A stretch of 64,000 nt of DNA from Tubulanus polymorphus (GCF_964204645.1 NC_134034.1:1922072-1986071); one strand, 5' to 3'; counted from the first letter of the stretch, positions 46,649 through 61,370 are shown. Notes: a model not told the origin generated them from the letters alone. Numbers and translations are program-made.

Positions 46649-49600
46649 TATCTCTTAACTTTCTTACCTTATACAGTTGAAACTTATTTTCACAACTTTC
46701 ATGGGACCAGTGTTTTTTTCGGTGACATTGTAAGGTGATAAGATGTAACGTTCTGACCCCCTCTGATGAAATAACCTTCGAAATTCCATCACCAACAATC
46801 GTATACATTTGTAAATAGATATTGTTGTAAGTATATTTTCAGTGACCTCAATCTCTTGTGCAATCTGCACCCGTGCAGTCTACCTATCTTCAGGGACCAT
46901 CCATTCAGTTTATCGAACAACACATTCAATGCGCGGGATCCAGTTCCACGGTTTCATTATTGCATTGAAATTATTTTCTGACTTCCGGTCCTTTGTTTCC
47001 GGGAACTTGATCCTTTTTGATAAGATTTTTATTTTAGATTAGGTTATAGGGGTGAAAATGGCAGGTCATTTCATGTTACGTATTATGACTAAGATTTGTT
47101 AATTCACGATGTTTCGACTCTGACTAACAATCATGGAACTGGATTCAGAATTTATCGTACATTTCTATATAAATGCGCACAATCGCTCTGTTTGTGCCAT
47201 GGATGGTCCTCTATTCACAGCCGGGTCACACACGGTTGTTCTAATAATTCTAGACGATGTTCTGGAAATGTTAGTTAAAGTTGACGAGTCTGTGCCGTGT
47301 AGGTTTTTTCGGAAATTAAGATATTTAACTGCAGTATTATTATTGATAACCTGGAGCCCGTTTTATAGGCTGGTCTTAACTTTAACCCATGGGGCTAACT
47401 CAATTAATTTTCAACTGGTTTAGCCCCCACGGGTTAAAGTTGTTACCAGTCTATAAAACCGGGTCCAGGAATTTTAATTAGTTGACGAGTGTGAATGGTT
47501 GCAGCAGGAAGGTGGCGGAGGGGTTGGGGTTAGCTATATTCCACCTTCCTGTGAATGACCTCTAAAAGAGTTGTTATGTTCTTCCATGATTTTCAACCCC
47601 AGGGGCTGATTTTATAGACTGGTATCAACTCAAATAACTGAACTTGTCAACTGAAAATGAAACGAGTTAGTCCTTGGGTTAAAGTTGATACCAGTTAAAA
47701 ACTCGACCCGACGTGATATATTTATGTTCACTCTACAAGGGTACATAAGCTAGAGTTAAAACTTATCTTGGCCAGTCTTATTCTATGTTTCCACCGTGGA
47801 ACGAGACCGAAATGAGGTAAGCCTGGCTTATCTGGAATAGAGCCCAGTCGCACGTCATGGCTTAGCATAAGTTGAAATGAAGCCGTAAATCACTGGTCTA
47901 TACTTGATAGAAATGGGTCAAGACTGGTCTGAAGTTGTTAGATTGGATACAAACAAAATGGTTTCAGACTGGTCTTCAATCTAAGCCCGGACTGCGCGAC
48001 TGGCTCTGGTTCCTACTTTTCACCCTTAGCTATATCTTCGATGGAAATTTGTCTAGATTGTCTTTGTTCTTAAACGTGAAAATCAGTAACTTTTTTCGAT
48101 TGAGCCACGACTTGCGTTTAATATGGCATAAGACATGAAGGGAACAGGCCCCTCGGTGAGCCCCGCCTCGCGGAGACTTCCTCGGTGAGCCTACCCGGAG
48201 CCTTCCTTGGTGCGAAGTAATGAAGTATGCTGAATATATCGTAAAACTGTTTATTGTAAACTATGGAATTTTGTGCGTTTTACAAATAAAATAAAAAAGT
48301 CAATCATGTAAGAAAAAGATTGTGAGTTTATCTTAGGGGATTTAGTAGCTTTTTTCACCATCAGGAATATTTTTTTGGAGCGAAGAAAAACTGATATTTT
48401 CCCTGTGACCACTTCTTCAGTCCTGGACTCAGTCCCACTGTCCTGGATTCCACTTCTTTTTTCGGCACCGATTTATCCCATGAATTTCAGTGGTTTAAAA
48501 TTGGAATTGGAATCACCACAGCGGGGAAGCTACGCATTTATGAGAAATAAAGCTAGAAGTTTTCATCAATAAATGTTTATGTTTTTATTCTTCGATTTCA
48601 AAAGGACATACGCGTATTGTTTTTAAAATGTAAGGAGGAGGCTATCCGCATTTCACCCCTAGTAAAACATGTATTTTGTAATTGTAAGGCGGGATCCATG
48701 TTTTACAGTATGAATCGTGATTGATACGTAGATGACTGTCTCTAGCGTCCATACGATCACATTTCTTAGCCAAGAGCTTAATGTGACCCCTGGAAGAGTT
48801 AAGTTCAACGTGTATTCATCGATCTTCGTTTTAGTAGTGCATACTTTTAGTAACGCCATTACAGTACCGGTCGGTCTACCGAGTAGGCCTAGCTGATATC
48901 TTGACCTTGGTGACTTTTGGAGATTTTTCATAGAGCAGCAAAATACTTGATTCTCATCAGTATTTGTGAAAAAAAATTGTCATTGAAGAGGGAGACTGTT
49001 TAATATTTTAAACCGGTACCGTATATGATACGAAATATTTCAAAAGCTCTATGATATGAAGACCTGTGTTGGTGTGAATTTTTAACTGAAAAGCTATCGG
49101 TCGGTATAGTTTATAAACTATTCTAAAATTTAAGACAAAAAAACCGGCGGCGGCGGCGGCTAAATTCGGAGGGGAGCTGTTGGGAATCAAAGAAATTTAT
49201 TTTATGGCCTTATCAAAGTTCCGCGATATTGTTCAGCTGGCTACTGGCGCGTGTTCACGCCGGCAGTCGGAACTTGATATAACTCCATTCAACAATAGAG
49301 AGACACAATTGCGGTCTTTCAGAGTTGTTGATATCATTCAAACGCGCTATTGATCACTATTGGAATACGTCACCGGCTGACCACGGTATGTACAAGCATA
49401 CAGGCGATCATGCATTCACCTCTGCACACTCACACTGTGAACATGCTACCGTGGATTCTCCTGGCGATCTTCGCTGCGCTCCCGCTCCTGCTCCTGTTCC
49501 TGCTTCCTGAGGAACGACGTCTTTATGTTTTATGTGTTACTGTTCGTCTCCGTACTGTCCTGTACTGTTCCGTGTTTATTAATCCGTTCTATTTTTCAGG

Positions 49601-49654
49601 GTCTAATCCGTTTTATTTTTCAGGGCCGATTTCTCTGTCGAATTTCAACGTTTG

Positions 49655-49890
49655 CTGGAACAAAACTAATGTCCGAAAGCGTCGGCTCTCCTTTGCCGGT
49701 CACGTGACGAGGATGTCAGACAAAGAGTCGGTCAGGAAATGGCTGCCCTCTACACGCCCTCATACGGAACACGAAAACCAGGATGACGAGGCCTCACTGC
49801 CCCCACCTATCTACAAAGTGTGCTGAGTGATGTCAATGACGGGCATATCTGCGGGATTGCGCGGGATACAAATGGAGCGGTTATACTGGA
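49655..49890 (+). mobile_element. Degraded 3' fragment of an RTE-like LINE
   Basis: Translates VRKRRLSFAGHVTRM, then frameshifted GTRKPG-like sequence typical of RTE ORF C-termini. Confidence 0.6.
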
Positions 49891-50189
49891 TTGTCACGCT
49901 ACTAGCATTCATTGTGTCCTTGTGACCACCCGGATGAGGGATGATTCTACTGTCACGCTCTTTGTTTCTGGTATTCTGAGTCGGCTGAGGGATGATTCTA
50001 CTGTCACGCTCTTTGATTTCTAGTTTGAGTGCTAGTTTTCATTGTGTCCTTGTGACAACCCCGGTCAGTGGATGAAGTCTCTCGTCGGCTTGTGAGTGCT
50101 AGTTTCATTGTGTCCTTGTGACAACCTCGGTCAGTGGATGAAGTCTCTTGTCACGCTTTTGGGTGCTAGTTGAGATCCTGAATCTCAAC

Positions 50190-50436
50190 CCGGTCAAGCT
50201 GGTTGTACTGCGCTATTTGTGTTTCGTGCAATTTTACAGGTGTGTCAGTTACTGACGTCGCCCAGTACATCCTGCAGTTAGATGGGGAATGTGAGGCGTC
50301 GTCATCCTGGTTTTCGCGTTCTGTGTGAGGGTGTGTAGAGGGCAGTATATTCCTGGCTGGCTCATTGTCTGGGGTTCTCGGCATGTGACCGGCGACGGAG
50401 AGCTGAAAAGCTTTCGAACATTAGTTTTGTTCCGTA
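50190..50436 (-). mobile_element. Second, inverted copy of the RTE-like LINE fragment
   Basis: Reverse complement GGAACAAAACTAATGTTCGAAAGC...GCCGGTCACATG...GAAAACCAGGATGACGACGCCTCAC matches 49655-49800. Confidence 0.6.
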
Positions 50437-53400
50437 CCAGGTTTTCATCGCTCTTCTCTTTTTTTTTCATTTCAGGACTCCCAAGAAGTTGAAGAAGATG
50501 ATGCTAGGAGACGACTACAGAAGATGCCAAAAAAATACTGAACTCGGCAATCTTGAAAGTTAAGTTGATACCCACGTAAATTAGGATTAATGATGAAAAA
50601 ATGTGTGACTACAAAATGTTTTTCTTTTACTCAATTTCAGCTTCGACGAAACCCAAGAAGACAAAGAAGTACTTCGATTTCGAAAAAAAATGATGTAAAA
50701 TCGACCGACGATCACACAACTATATCTGTACTTCGATTCCCACCTGTTTTGCTCCTGGCAGGCACCAACTCAAAAAGTCAAACGAGAGCTCATCAACTAA
50801 GATCTGCCGATTAGAGAACAGTGCACAGAAGGGGCCAATTTGGATGAAACTCAACCAACCAACTTAGGAGATCCTCCAATAATAAACCCAGCCATCATAA
50901 AAGGTAATTTGATATTTGATACGAACGTAGAACTTTTTAACCGATATTGAACCCAGCAAACTTGAAATGTAAGTTGATTTTTGGCGAACCGTAGGTTTGC
51001 CTATGCAAATGGTCTGGAGAAGCAGTTTTCATTGAAAATGAATAGAGTACCGGTGTGTCAACAAGGCACAAACATTGGCTGTTGAACCAATAGTGTTGAT
51101 TTTTGGTGTCATGGTTTGGCTTATAATGAGTTCTCAAGCCCACAAAAATTTCATAGTGATCAAGTTATTTTTAGGGGACTTATTCTTGAAAAACACGTAA
51201 AAACCTGCTTTTTAGCACTAAGTAATGGTTCGTTTTCATATATGAGAATTTGCATACTTGGAATTGAAATATATAAAAGTTCAATCCTTCCTGGAAGTGT
51301 CGCCGTTTTTTTTGCGACTCATCTCGATGTATTTTTCGACCTACGGGTCCTCCTTCACAGCCTTTACCGGTCCACATGGCTGAACTTTTATCTTCACTTA
51401 GTCTTAAACAGTGATGAACTAGTCATACTACTGCAATTAATTATTGGGGTTTAAATCAGCAATTGACGTCAATGAATTTTACTTTGTGAAAAACAGGGTG
51501 GCTTGTAATTTGAAATGACACGTAAATTATGATAAATCTGTCTGAAATGTTTTGCTTTCTTCACTTTGTTTCAGCCAAACTACATCTCGGAAAAATTGAC
51601 CTGAAGAAGACACTCACAATAGATGAATACTGATCGACCCATTTGCTGATGAAAACTGCAGAAGCCCAAATGAGAAGTTGAGGAGCCAGCAATCTCCGCA
51701 CTACTTTATTGAAGCTCTGTGGCCGGTAGTAAATTGAAATATAGCTAGGCAATGATTGCTTGAATATTTACAATATTAGACGAAATGATTGACTGAGGTC
51801 CCTTAAAATATTCTTTGTTCTGATAATTAGAATGTAGATTGGTCAGTTATTGATTAAAAGATTTTGCAAGTATGTACATAAGGTAAATTCAATATCTTAT
51901 GTGACATTTGTAATTTTTCGAATGTACCGTAGATATTTCAGGCCTCATATGACTATTGTCAACTGACAATCAAGATATAGATAAGACAATTTACTAATTA
52001 ACCAATCGCTTAGATATAAGCAATCATTCAATATCTTATAATGTTTGATGAAAAATTCTTCTGGTGTAGATATTTTAGGGCCCCCATATACATTAAGGCT
52101 GGCTTTACTTGTAAAGATATATATATATAAATTAAACTTTATCGTCAGTTAATAAATTTTTTTACAAATAATATATTGATACATATATCATTTATGTCAT
52201 TTATAAACATTCAGGCACTTTACAGTATATATTATATGCTGCTTTACCCATTGCATTAATGAATTTCTGGGGGAAAGATGTATAAAATAGTGTCTAGGGC
52301 TCTATCGAGATCTGGTGTAATATATATGGGGAAAACTATGGACTGCGTGTCTTTTAGAAACTGTGATTAGGTCTCAGCACTTTGACAAATCTAGAATAAA
52401 GCAAAGCTTTAATTGATTCAAATCATTCCCGAAAGCCATACTCTGTGCCTTGTTTTGCGCTCTGATTTTTGTTTAACTGACAATTATCATATATAGCTAG
52501 GAAAAATTGCTCATTAACCAATGGCTTAGATCCACAATAAAGATGAATTCATTATTTCTAAGATCAAAAACTATTTATCCGGTATGTAATACAGGTCCAT
52601 AATATAAATGTCGTAAAACTGAAAATTTAAATATAGCTGATATATGTATGAGCACATCTGAATCAGTCTCATCGACTGATCAGTATTTACATCTCCAACT
52701 GCCGTGCTTATGGCAACTGGTCATGGTCTTCGAAATTGCCAAAATTTACCTAAACCTAACTGATTCATCTAAAGGTCATACTGTGTGTCAAGTTACGCAT
52801 AATAGATATTGTTTAACTGACAATTAGAATCAAAGGTGAATAACTCATTAATGTATTACTATAAGATATCTACGATTAAGGTAAATTCAATATGTTATGT
52901 GAAATTGTTTTTAATTCAGGTCCATGGACATTTAAAATGTAGCTGATACATGTGTATCTGAGCGCATTTATTTATCGGTATCTAAGTGAACCTAGTGTGT
53001 CTTCATACAGCTGTATTAGTTTTGATACATATTGCCAAAATCATTTCACGCAGATTTACTTCCGATCGAAGGGAGATAAAACAAATCTGTACGTGCACAA
53101 ATACATTCCTGAATTTGGAAGGGGGAATATTTCAATTTCACTGTGTATGTCAGATTGAGAGCCTTATTCTGACAGGATATCCTAAACTTAGGTCTTATTC
53201 CTCTTGCTAATAGCTCTCTTTTACTAACCCCTCTCCTTCAAACTATTTTCTAGCATCATGTCTTGCACCGCACCTGGGAGGTCCGGTCATAACAAGGTCT
53301 TTCGGTCCTTATACACAGTGTACTACTATAAAAGGGAAATAAAGATTATATAGCAATTCGGCTAAGGGAGTTTCTAATTTACTATTAGAATTGTACTTTT

Positions 53401-54856
53401 ATCTTAAGTTTTGATGAATTTGAATAGTGATGAATTCACCACATCTGAAATTCTACTCATGTAGATTTTCAGGCTCCATGTTAATGTTATTCAACTGACA
53501 ATTAAGATATAGCTAGTATGATTACTAATTAATGGATCACTTAGATATCTAGAAGATTAATTAAAATCAATTCAATATAATGAATATTAGTGAAAATTAT
53601 TAAAAAAATAGCGCAGTGGATGAGACGACTATATCGTGCAATATTGTCTGCGTCTAACTGGGCCACTTGTGTGTGCGATCTGTTGAATCAGTTAGGTTTT
53701 GGGGAATTCTGGATTCGTCAAACTAGATATCAAAAGCTCTGATGCCAAATTAGCAGTTTGAAATAGTGGTCAATCTAAATTTGTACCGGATCGGAAATTC
53801 TTCTAGTGTAGAAATTTCAAGCCCCGTATAAAATATTGTCAGAGACAATTTTAATTATAGCTTGGACATTAATTGATTGATTAGGTATCTAAGATGAAGT
53901 TTAATTCAGCACTTTTCTATAAGGTGCTCAAATCTTAACCATAGGGGTTGATAAGACAACTTACTGTATAATTTTATATGGGTTGATATCTAAAGAATAG
54001 GGTTTGTGTCTTGTGCAAAGGATTTATTGAATCTGTTAAGGCTTTGCAGAATTCTGGATTTGTCAAGGTGTGGGAATGATTCAAGGTTTCTTAAATCTGT
54101 AGAACCACGTTGCGTGTAGGATCAGTGTGCTCTTCAGTTGTATTATCATAATTATCGGATCATTGTTTATATTAGGAGCAATATTTAGAATTATTGGAAT
54201 GGATTAGAATACCATTCACTGGGTCCAAATATCAACATCTATGGGTAGAAAACATCTCTTAAAATTAATTAATTGACGATGAAGTTAATTTGATAATACG
54301 AATATGGTTTAGCCGACAATCGGAATGTATTTAGGGCAATGTTACTAGCAGGTTTACACCGTATGATGGGCCTGGGTTTCAATAAAAGCCTACTCGCCAC
54401 TGGGTGTTTAACACCCAAGAAAGAGACACATCAAGAATTTCTGAAGATAGAAGGGAAAAAACAGTACAAAAACGATTTGATAAGATTGATTATGCATAAC
54501 TCTGGTATTCCTTAAGATGACTATAGATGCTTTAGTCATGTTAGAAATGTTGTTAAACTATAATAATCAACCATTGCTTAGATATCTGGAATATAGATGA
54601 ATAACAATATGAGTTGAATTTCATATAAATATCATTTAATAATTGACTATTATCAAAATCTATGTATCGGTCCACATTGCTGATCTTATATATGAATTGA
54701 CACGTTAATTATGATCAGTGATATTCGATTAAGGATATTCTGCTCACAAGATTCTGCTCTTTTTTTAGCTAAACTACTGATCAACTGGTGATAAAATATA
54801 CTAAATGGTCTTCAACATTGTATCCAAAATCTCGATGTGTTAAATTAGGCAGAAAG

Positions 54857-55308
54857 AGGTTAGCCTTATAATATAGATATCCAAAATCGCAGATGTATTA
54901 TAATAGGTGGAAAAAGGTAAACCTTGTAATATAGATAGCCAAGATCACTGATTTATTAAGATAGGCAGAAAAGTTAACCTTGTAATATAGATAGCAAAAA
55001 TCACTGATGTATTAAGATAGGCAGAAAAGTTAACCTTGTAATATAGATATCCAAAATCACAGATGTATTAAAATAGGTGGAAAAAAGGTAAACCTCGTAA
55101 TATAGATAGCCAAGATCACTGATTTATTAAGATAGGCAGAAAAGTTAACCTTGTAATATAGATAGCAAAAATCACTGATGTATTAAGATAGGCAGAAAAG
55201 TTAACCTTGTAATATAGATATCCAAAATCACTGATGTATTAAAATAGGTGGAAAAAAGGTAAACCTTGTAATATAGATATCCAAAATCTCGATGTATTAA
55301 AATAGGCA
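54857..55308. repeat. About 57-60 bp minisatellite, about 8 copies
   Basis: AACCTTGTAATATAGATAKCCAAAATCACTGATGTATTAA... tandem. Confidence 0.92.
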
Positions 55309-55927
55309 GTCAACTTAATTGACCCCAATCAGTCGCTTGCCAGAAGATTATATGAATGAACCGGAACCGAATTTCCAAATTATATACTTCAATTTAGAAA
55401 AAAAAATTATGTAAACTCGACCGCCGATCACGCAACTATATCTGTACTTTCCTGCATGTGTGGTGGATTTGTAAGGGACACCAATTCAAATCAATCAAAC
55501 TAAATCTACCAGTCTATTATGCATGGTTATGAGATAATCAAAGCTTTCTCAAACCTCAGTGGTCAGGCTCTGTCTGACAAACATCTTGACTTAATATGCT
55601 CTCTTCCCATTGTCATTTCACTAGCCAGAACTCTGGTGGTGAGAAGTCTGGTGATAGCACCATCCAGAATCCGACTCCGGGACTGAGTCCGATGACACCC
55701 GTGGACGTTCCAACAACATCATTACCTAGTCAACACGCGAGACAAACAACTTGGAGGATGAAGACATCAACATATACCCGAGAAAAACTACAATAAACTT
55801 TCGGACTATTTATACGGAAAAAACGACCCAACAAAATTATGTAAACTCGACCGCCGATCACACGACTATATCTGTACTTCGATTTCAAAAAAAGACCAAG
55901 GAAATGTTTAGACAAAATTCTTCAACC

Positions 55928-56800
55928 TTGTAAACTTTCGGACTACATGAAAAAAAAATACCAAAGAAATGTATAACTTAGACGAAATTATCTTATTGTA
56001 AACTTTCGGACTACATGAAAAAAAAAATACCAAAGAAATGTATAACTTAGACGAAATTATGTTATTGTAAACTTTAGGACTACATGAAAAAAAAAATACC
56101 AAAGAAATGTATAACTTAGACAAAATTATCGTATTGTAAACTTTCGGACTACTTGAAAAAAAAATACCAAAGAAATGTATAACTTAGACGAAATTATCTT
56201 ATTGTAAACTTTCGGACTACATGAAAAAAAAATACCAAAGAAATGTATAACTTAGACGAAATTATCTTATTGTAAACTTTCGGACTACATGAAAAAAAAA
56301 ATACCAAAGAAATGTATAACTTAGACGAAATTATGTTATTGTAAACTTTAGGACTACATGAAAAAAAAAATACCAAAGAAATGTATAACTTAGACAAAAT
56401 TATCGTATTGTAAACTTTAGGACTACATGAAAAAAAAAATACCAAAGAAATGTATAACTTAGACAAAATTATCGTATTGTAAACTTTCGGACTACATGAA
56501 AAAAAAATACCAAAGAAATGTATAACTTAGACGAAATTATCTTATTGTAAACTTTCGGACTACATGAAAAAAAAATACCAAAGAAATGTATAACTTAGAC
56601 GAAATTATCTTATTGTAAACTTTCGGACTACATGAAAAAAAAGATACCAAAGAAATGTATAACTTAGACGAAATTATCTTATTGTAAACTTTCGGACTAC
56701 ATGAAAAAAAAGATACCAAAGAAATGTATAACTTAGACAAAATTATCTTATTGTTAACTTTCGGACTACATGAAAAAAAATACCAAAGAAATGTATTATA
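55928..56800. repeat. About 70-72 bp minisatellite, about 12 copies
   Basis: TTGTAAACTTTCGGACTACATG(A)nTACCAAAGAAATGTATAACTTAGAC tandem. Confidence 0.95.
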
Positions 56801-59800
56801 AAAATGTATAACTTAAGGTCAACCAACTTAGATGATCATCTCCGATAACGAACCCAGCAATCATGAAAGGTAACTTGATATATGTGGAATTATTTCGATT
56901 TATTCTAAATGTAATGTTTGTGATAACAGGACATCATCTTTTTATGATTGCAGCTAAGTTTCAACTATCAGAAAAAGCCCAGCTGGAGATCAACTACTCG
57001 TCCAAAATCTACAAACTGGAACTGTGCACAGAAAAGGCCAGAACTGAACCCAGCAATCTTTATTACCGGTATATATAGATTTCAGGCCTCATATGAATAT
57101 CATTTAATAAGTGACTATCATCAAAATCTATTTACCGGTCCACATGGCTGATCTTTTATCTTTACTAGTTTTAAACAGTGATGAACTAGTCCTACTACTG
57201 CAATTGATTATTGGGGTTTAATTCGGCAATTGACGTCAATGAATTTTGCTTTGTAAAAAACATTGTTGCTTGTTATTTGAAATGACATGTAAATTATGAT
57301 AGATCTGTCTGAAATGTTTTGCTTTCTTCACTTTGTTTCAGCTAAACTACATCTCAGATAATGGTCTGAAGGATTACTGATTGACCCATTTGCTGATGAA
57401 AACTGCAGAAGCCCAGGTGATAAGTTGAGGAGCCAGCGACGGATTAATCACTCAACGATGGATTCTTCTACAATCGATGATTTCTATAAAACTTTTATCA
57501 GGTGCAGCAAAGACAATAGTGAATCTTATAAACACTGATTCGAGCAGCAAAACTAATGGATTATCTCATAAACACTGATTCAGGATAAACAATGTTTTAA
57601 AAGCAGCAAAGACAATAGTGTATCTTATTAGGAGCAGCATAGATAATAGAACATCTTATAAACACTGAGATCCAGGAGCGGTGAAGACAATCGCGGATTT
57701 CTGTAGTAAAGTATTGATTTTTACTTATCACCTTTTTCAAACCAGTCTGATGGATAATATAGTGTTTTCGAGGAAACTATTTTATGATTTGTTATGCAAT
57801 GTGAGAGTCTAATAAAAGCTAAGCTCCATTAATTCAAGATATTGGTCTTCGATCCTAAGTTGATAGATAAGTCTAGTTAGGTTAGTCACTAGGTGTAAAT
57901 GTTGGCGTCGAGCGCCTAGTTTGGACTCGTAGGTCTGTTCGAGTTAACGCCTAAACTGAGATATAGTTTCAACTTGATATTGTGAGTTTAATCTTCGAAC
58001 TTACCATAGTTAAACATAGTCAACTGTGGCTATTTGTCTGTATAGATATCACGTAGTTAGGAAACATAGAACATAGCGTTAGACCAGTGTTGACGTACAA
58101 ATATCAAGTATTTGCTGAATTGTAGATGTACTAATTTGATGGCATTGATATTTTCGGAAGGCCCATGTAACCAATTTGACAAATGAATCGTAGATGTCGA
58201 TTTTCACATCGACCTTTAAGCCTCCATCAATCTGTTTGATGATCATAGCTACGTATTTGAAAAAAAGCTTTATTTGAAGGGAGACCATTATTTACATTTG
58301 AGAGGTTTAGCTAGGATTAACAAGGCATAAAGTTATAGCTAGGACTAATTTTGAACGTTTTAACATCGTTTATAGCTGTTTGAACTTCTTTTATTGTATA
58401 TCACGAGATGGCTCTCGTGAATAATCACTTTAGCTTCAAATCGGGTGTATAATGATTATTAAGGAGTGGCAGTGAATCAGTAGCGCTTTTTTAGAAAGGG
58501 CCCAGAACTTTACAGTGAAAAAATGCCTGCAGTTGTAAATAGAGAAGTTTAAATGATACATAATACAAAATACAAGTTCATAAATTGATAACAAAATAAA
58601 TAAGAAAAAACCAATAAATAATGAATAGTAAATAATACAAAATACAAGCACATGAATAAATAGATAATATAAAAAAATAGATTAAAAATAATAAACAACA
58701 ATACAAACAAACAACAAATTAATATTCTATTTACATGAAAAGGCATTTTTTCAAATATTTATCAACAAGGTTCTTCATTTATCGAACAACCTTCCCTAAG
58801 TATAGCGAAAACCCGAGATCTTTTCTGTTGTTATTCAAAGCATTCTATCGGACTCAGTTATTGTAATGAACAAAACAAATAACCATAAACCTTAACTAAA
58901 TCGAACACACTTAAAAAAATAACTGATATGATAGAATGCTTTGAATAACTGTGATGAAAGATCGGCCCTCCTTTGAACTAGCCGCGCTCAATCACTGCTG
59001 TGACTGTTGATTGTTATACTGGGGTAGACTAACTATCTAAAATCTGGTTAATACATTTTGCTTTTTAGAACGAATGTAAAACAGCTATAAACTTAAGTTA
59101 TTGACGTCATTGATCCGTTACCGATTGTATAATTATGTTGATGTTTTCGAAGCTGCCAGAAAAAACGTCACAATACTTAGTAGTGTTTAATGTCAAGGTG
59201 TTTGGACATCTTTAAGACAAGGCAAAGTGGGCAAAATTCTAGTTTTCTAGTGAAAGTAATGATTAGTTGATACTATGATTTCCAGAGTGAATCTGTATGT
59301 CTCATCTCTAGTTTTAATGCTTTTATGTCGGAGACTGTTATTGTAACACATAACGCATGTTTGGAAATTAGGAACTTGCATCACGATTCCTCGATTAAGA
59401 TATTATTGTTGTGTGAATAAAACGATGTACATTTTCATCATTCGTGTCGAAACTTTTCAGTTGTTAAGCTTTATAGCAACAATTCCACTGTGGTGCTTTT
59501 CAGTGGTTCATAAGATACTGATTTAATTAAGGCCTTGTCTAAAATAGCAGGAGCATAGAATAGAAGGAGCAGTTTCTTGAGGATACAGTGCTAATTGGTC
59601 AATTGTCCTAGCTTTGTTTTGATTATCGGTTTAACCACGTCTGTGTGGGGCCTGTCATATCTGGACAAGAAGAATTTATGATCTTTATATTGAGTTGTAT
59701 TTATATCTACTATCCAAGTTGAATAATACAATTAAGAAGTTACCGAATACCGCAGCTTCGCCAATCAAACCATATTTATATGAAAATACTTGATTTATCT

Positions 59801-60765
59801 TAAATTGTCACAAAGAAAAACCTTTATGATAGTTTGCAGGGTTTGATCTAATGAATAAATGCCACTTGACATTGGGGCAAGCATATGTAATATCACTTGC
59901 CCCCTCAAAAATCAACTTGCCGAGCAGTCCAATTGTGACCCAAATCATCCCTTGCATTGAGTGGGATAAAAGGTTTGAGATATAGAATTACTCAAGCCCG
60001 GTGGACGAGTGATAATGATAACCTACATGCCCTAATGAAAATATACTTGTCCCGGGCAATTGGACTAGTGCTTAGATCAGATCCTGCTTTGTTTCAAATG
60101 TAACATTTGTGAAATAAGCTAGTTGATAATGTTTGAAGAAATCTCTTAAAAACGAGGAAAATTTGGCAATGTTTTTAGTTTACTTGTAATAATTAAGATT
60201 AATTAGTTAACCTTAAGCTTTCCAGAGTGAGTGAATTTGTAGGTTTAATGTTTTTATTTTGAACTGTTTTTAAATAACTCATTTAGCGGGTATAATTGTT
60301 GTGTAAGAATAAAACGACAAACATGTTTGTCATTCATATAAAAACTTTTCTTCTGTGTGTATTGCAACTATATGTATTTTCACTGTGCTGCTTATCAATG
60401 GTTCATAAAATACTATTTTCATTAAGGCCCTTATATGGATCAAAGTTTACAATTCTTTGTGAATTTTACTCATTTTCCTATTGATGCAAATTGTATAAAT
60501 CAGCTGTAGTGGAAATGTATCGTAGATAAAGACTTCGAAATTCCTTACATGTAACTTTTATGGTTTTAAGTTAGTACAATTTCATATAGGGTAATAGTAC
60601 TATCAAAATCTGAGAAAATAAGCTAAAAGTTAATAATATATGTGATGATATGTTAATGATATGTGAAAATAAAATGATGTAAAAAATGTATATCAGATCG
60701 ATTACTTAATCCTACGCTTTCCAGAGTATTTGGCCAGGTTTATCTCTGGTTTTAGTGCGGGGAGC

Positions 60766-60871
60766 CATGGACAATTGAGTCCATGGTTGGGCCATAGACT
60801 TTTTTTAGTCTATGGTTGGACCATGGCGTATAAACTCTCGTTTATAGTTTATACGCCTATAGTGGTTGGAC
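60766..60871. mobile_element. Three stacked CA..TG mini-palindromes (20, 22, 43 bp) separated by GTTGGRC 7-mers
   Basis: CATGGAC..GTCCATG gttgggc CATAGACT..AGTCTATG gttggac CATGGCGTATAAACT..AGTTTATACGCCTATAGTG gttggac. Confidence 0.6.
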
Positions 60872-61264
60872 TAGTTGTTTTTTAAAGTCCACGTGTTTGA
60901 GGAGCTTGCATTATAATTCCTCGAGCACTCCTGGCATTTTGTATAATTGTTGTATGAGAATAAATATGATTGATTTGTCCTTCGTTTAGTTAAGTTTGAT
61001 ATAGCAAATCCTGGATTGAGGCCTATCGTTTAACTACAGATAAACTGATTTAATGAAGAAATTAAATCGATTTAAGAGTTAAACCTGAAACTCCTGTGTT
61101 TTATTCTCGCAATCTACTTCTTTTTTTTCAACCAAAAAAATAATCCCACCAACTGGTCTGTCGACAAGCTTAGATGCGATTATATCAATAGCACAAAACC
61201 ATACGTTCCGACACTGCACATTTACACTTGGCCCGTTGACGGTTGTTGACGCTCAACTCGCAAC

Positions 61265-61370
61265 AACAGGGGCTCGTCACGATAGCTGGGGGTCCAAAAT
61301 CAAAGATTTGACCCAGTATCCTTGGTACCACCTATAAAAAAGACCCCCGCTATCGTGACGAGCCCCTGTG
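61265..61370. mobile_element. 106-bp P/hAT-like MITE with 8-bp target duplication
   Basis: CTCGCAAC|aACAGGGGCTCGTCACGATAGC...GCTATCGTGACGAGCCCCTGTg|CTCGCAAC; empty paralogous site at 63528-63535. Confidence 0.85.

Noticed and set aside
55908-56740. Repeated SKLYISLVFFF ORFs
   Set aside because: Translations of the 70-72 bp minisatellite.
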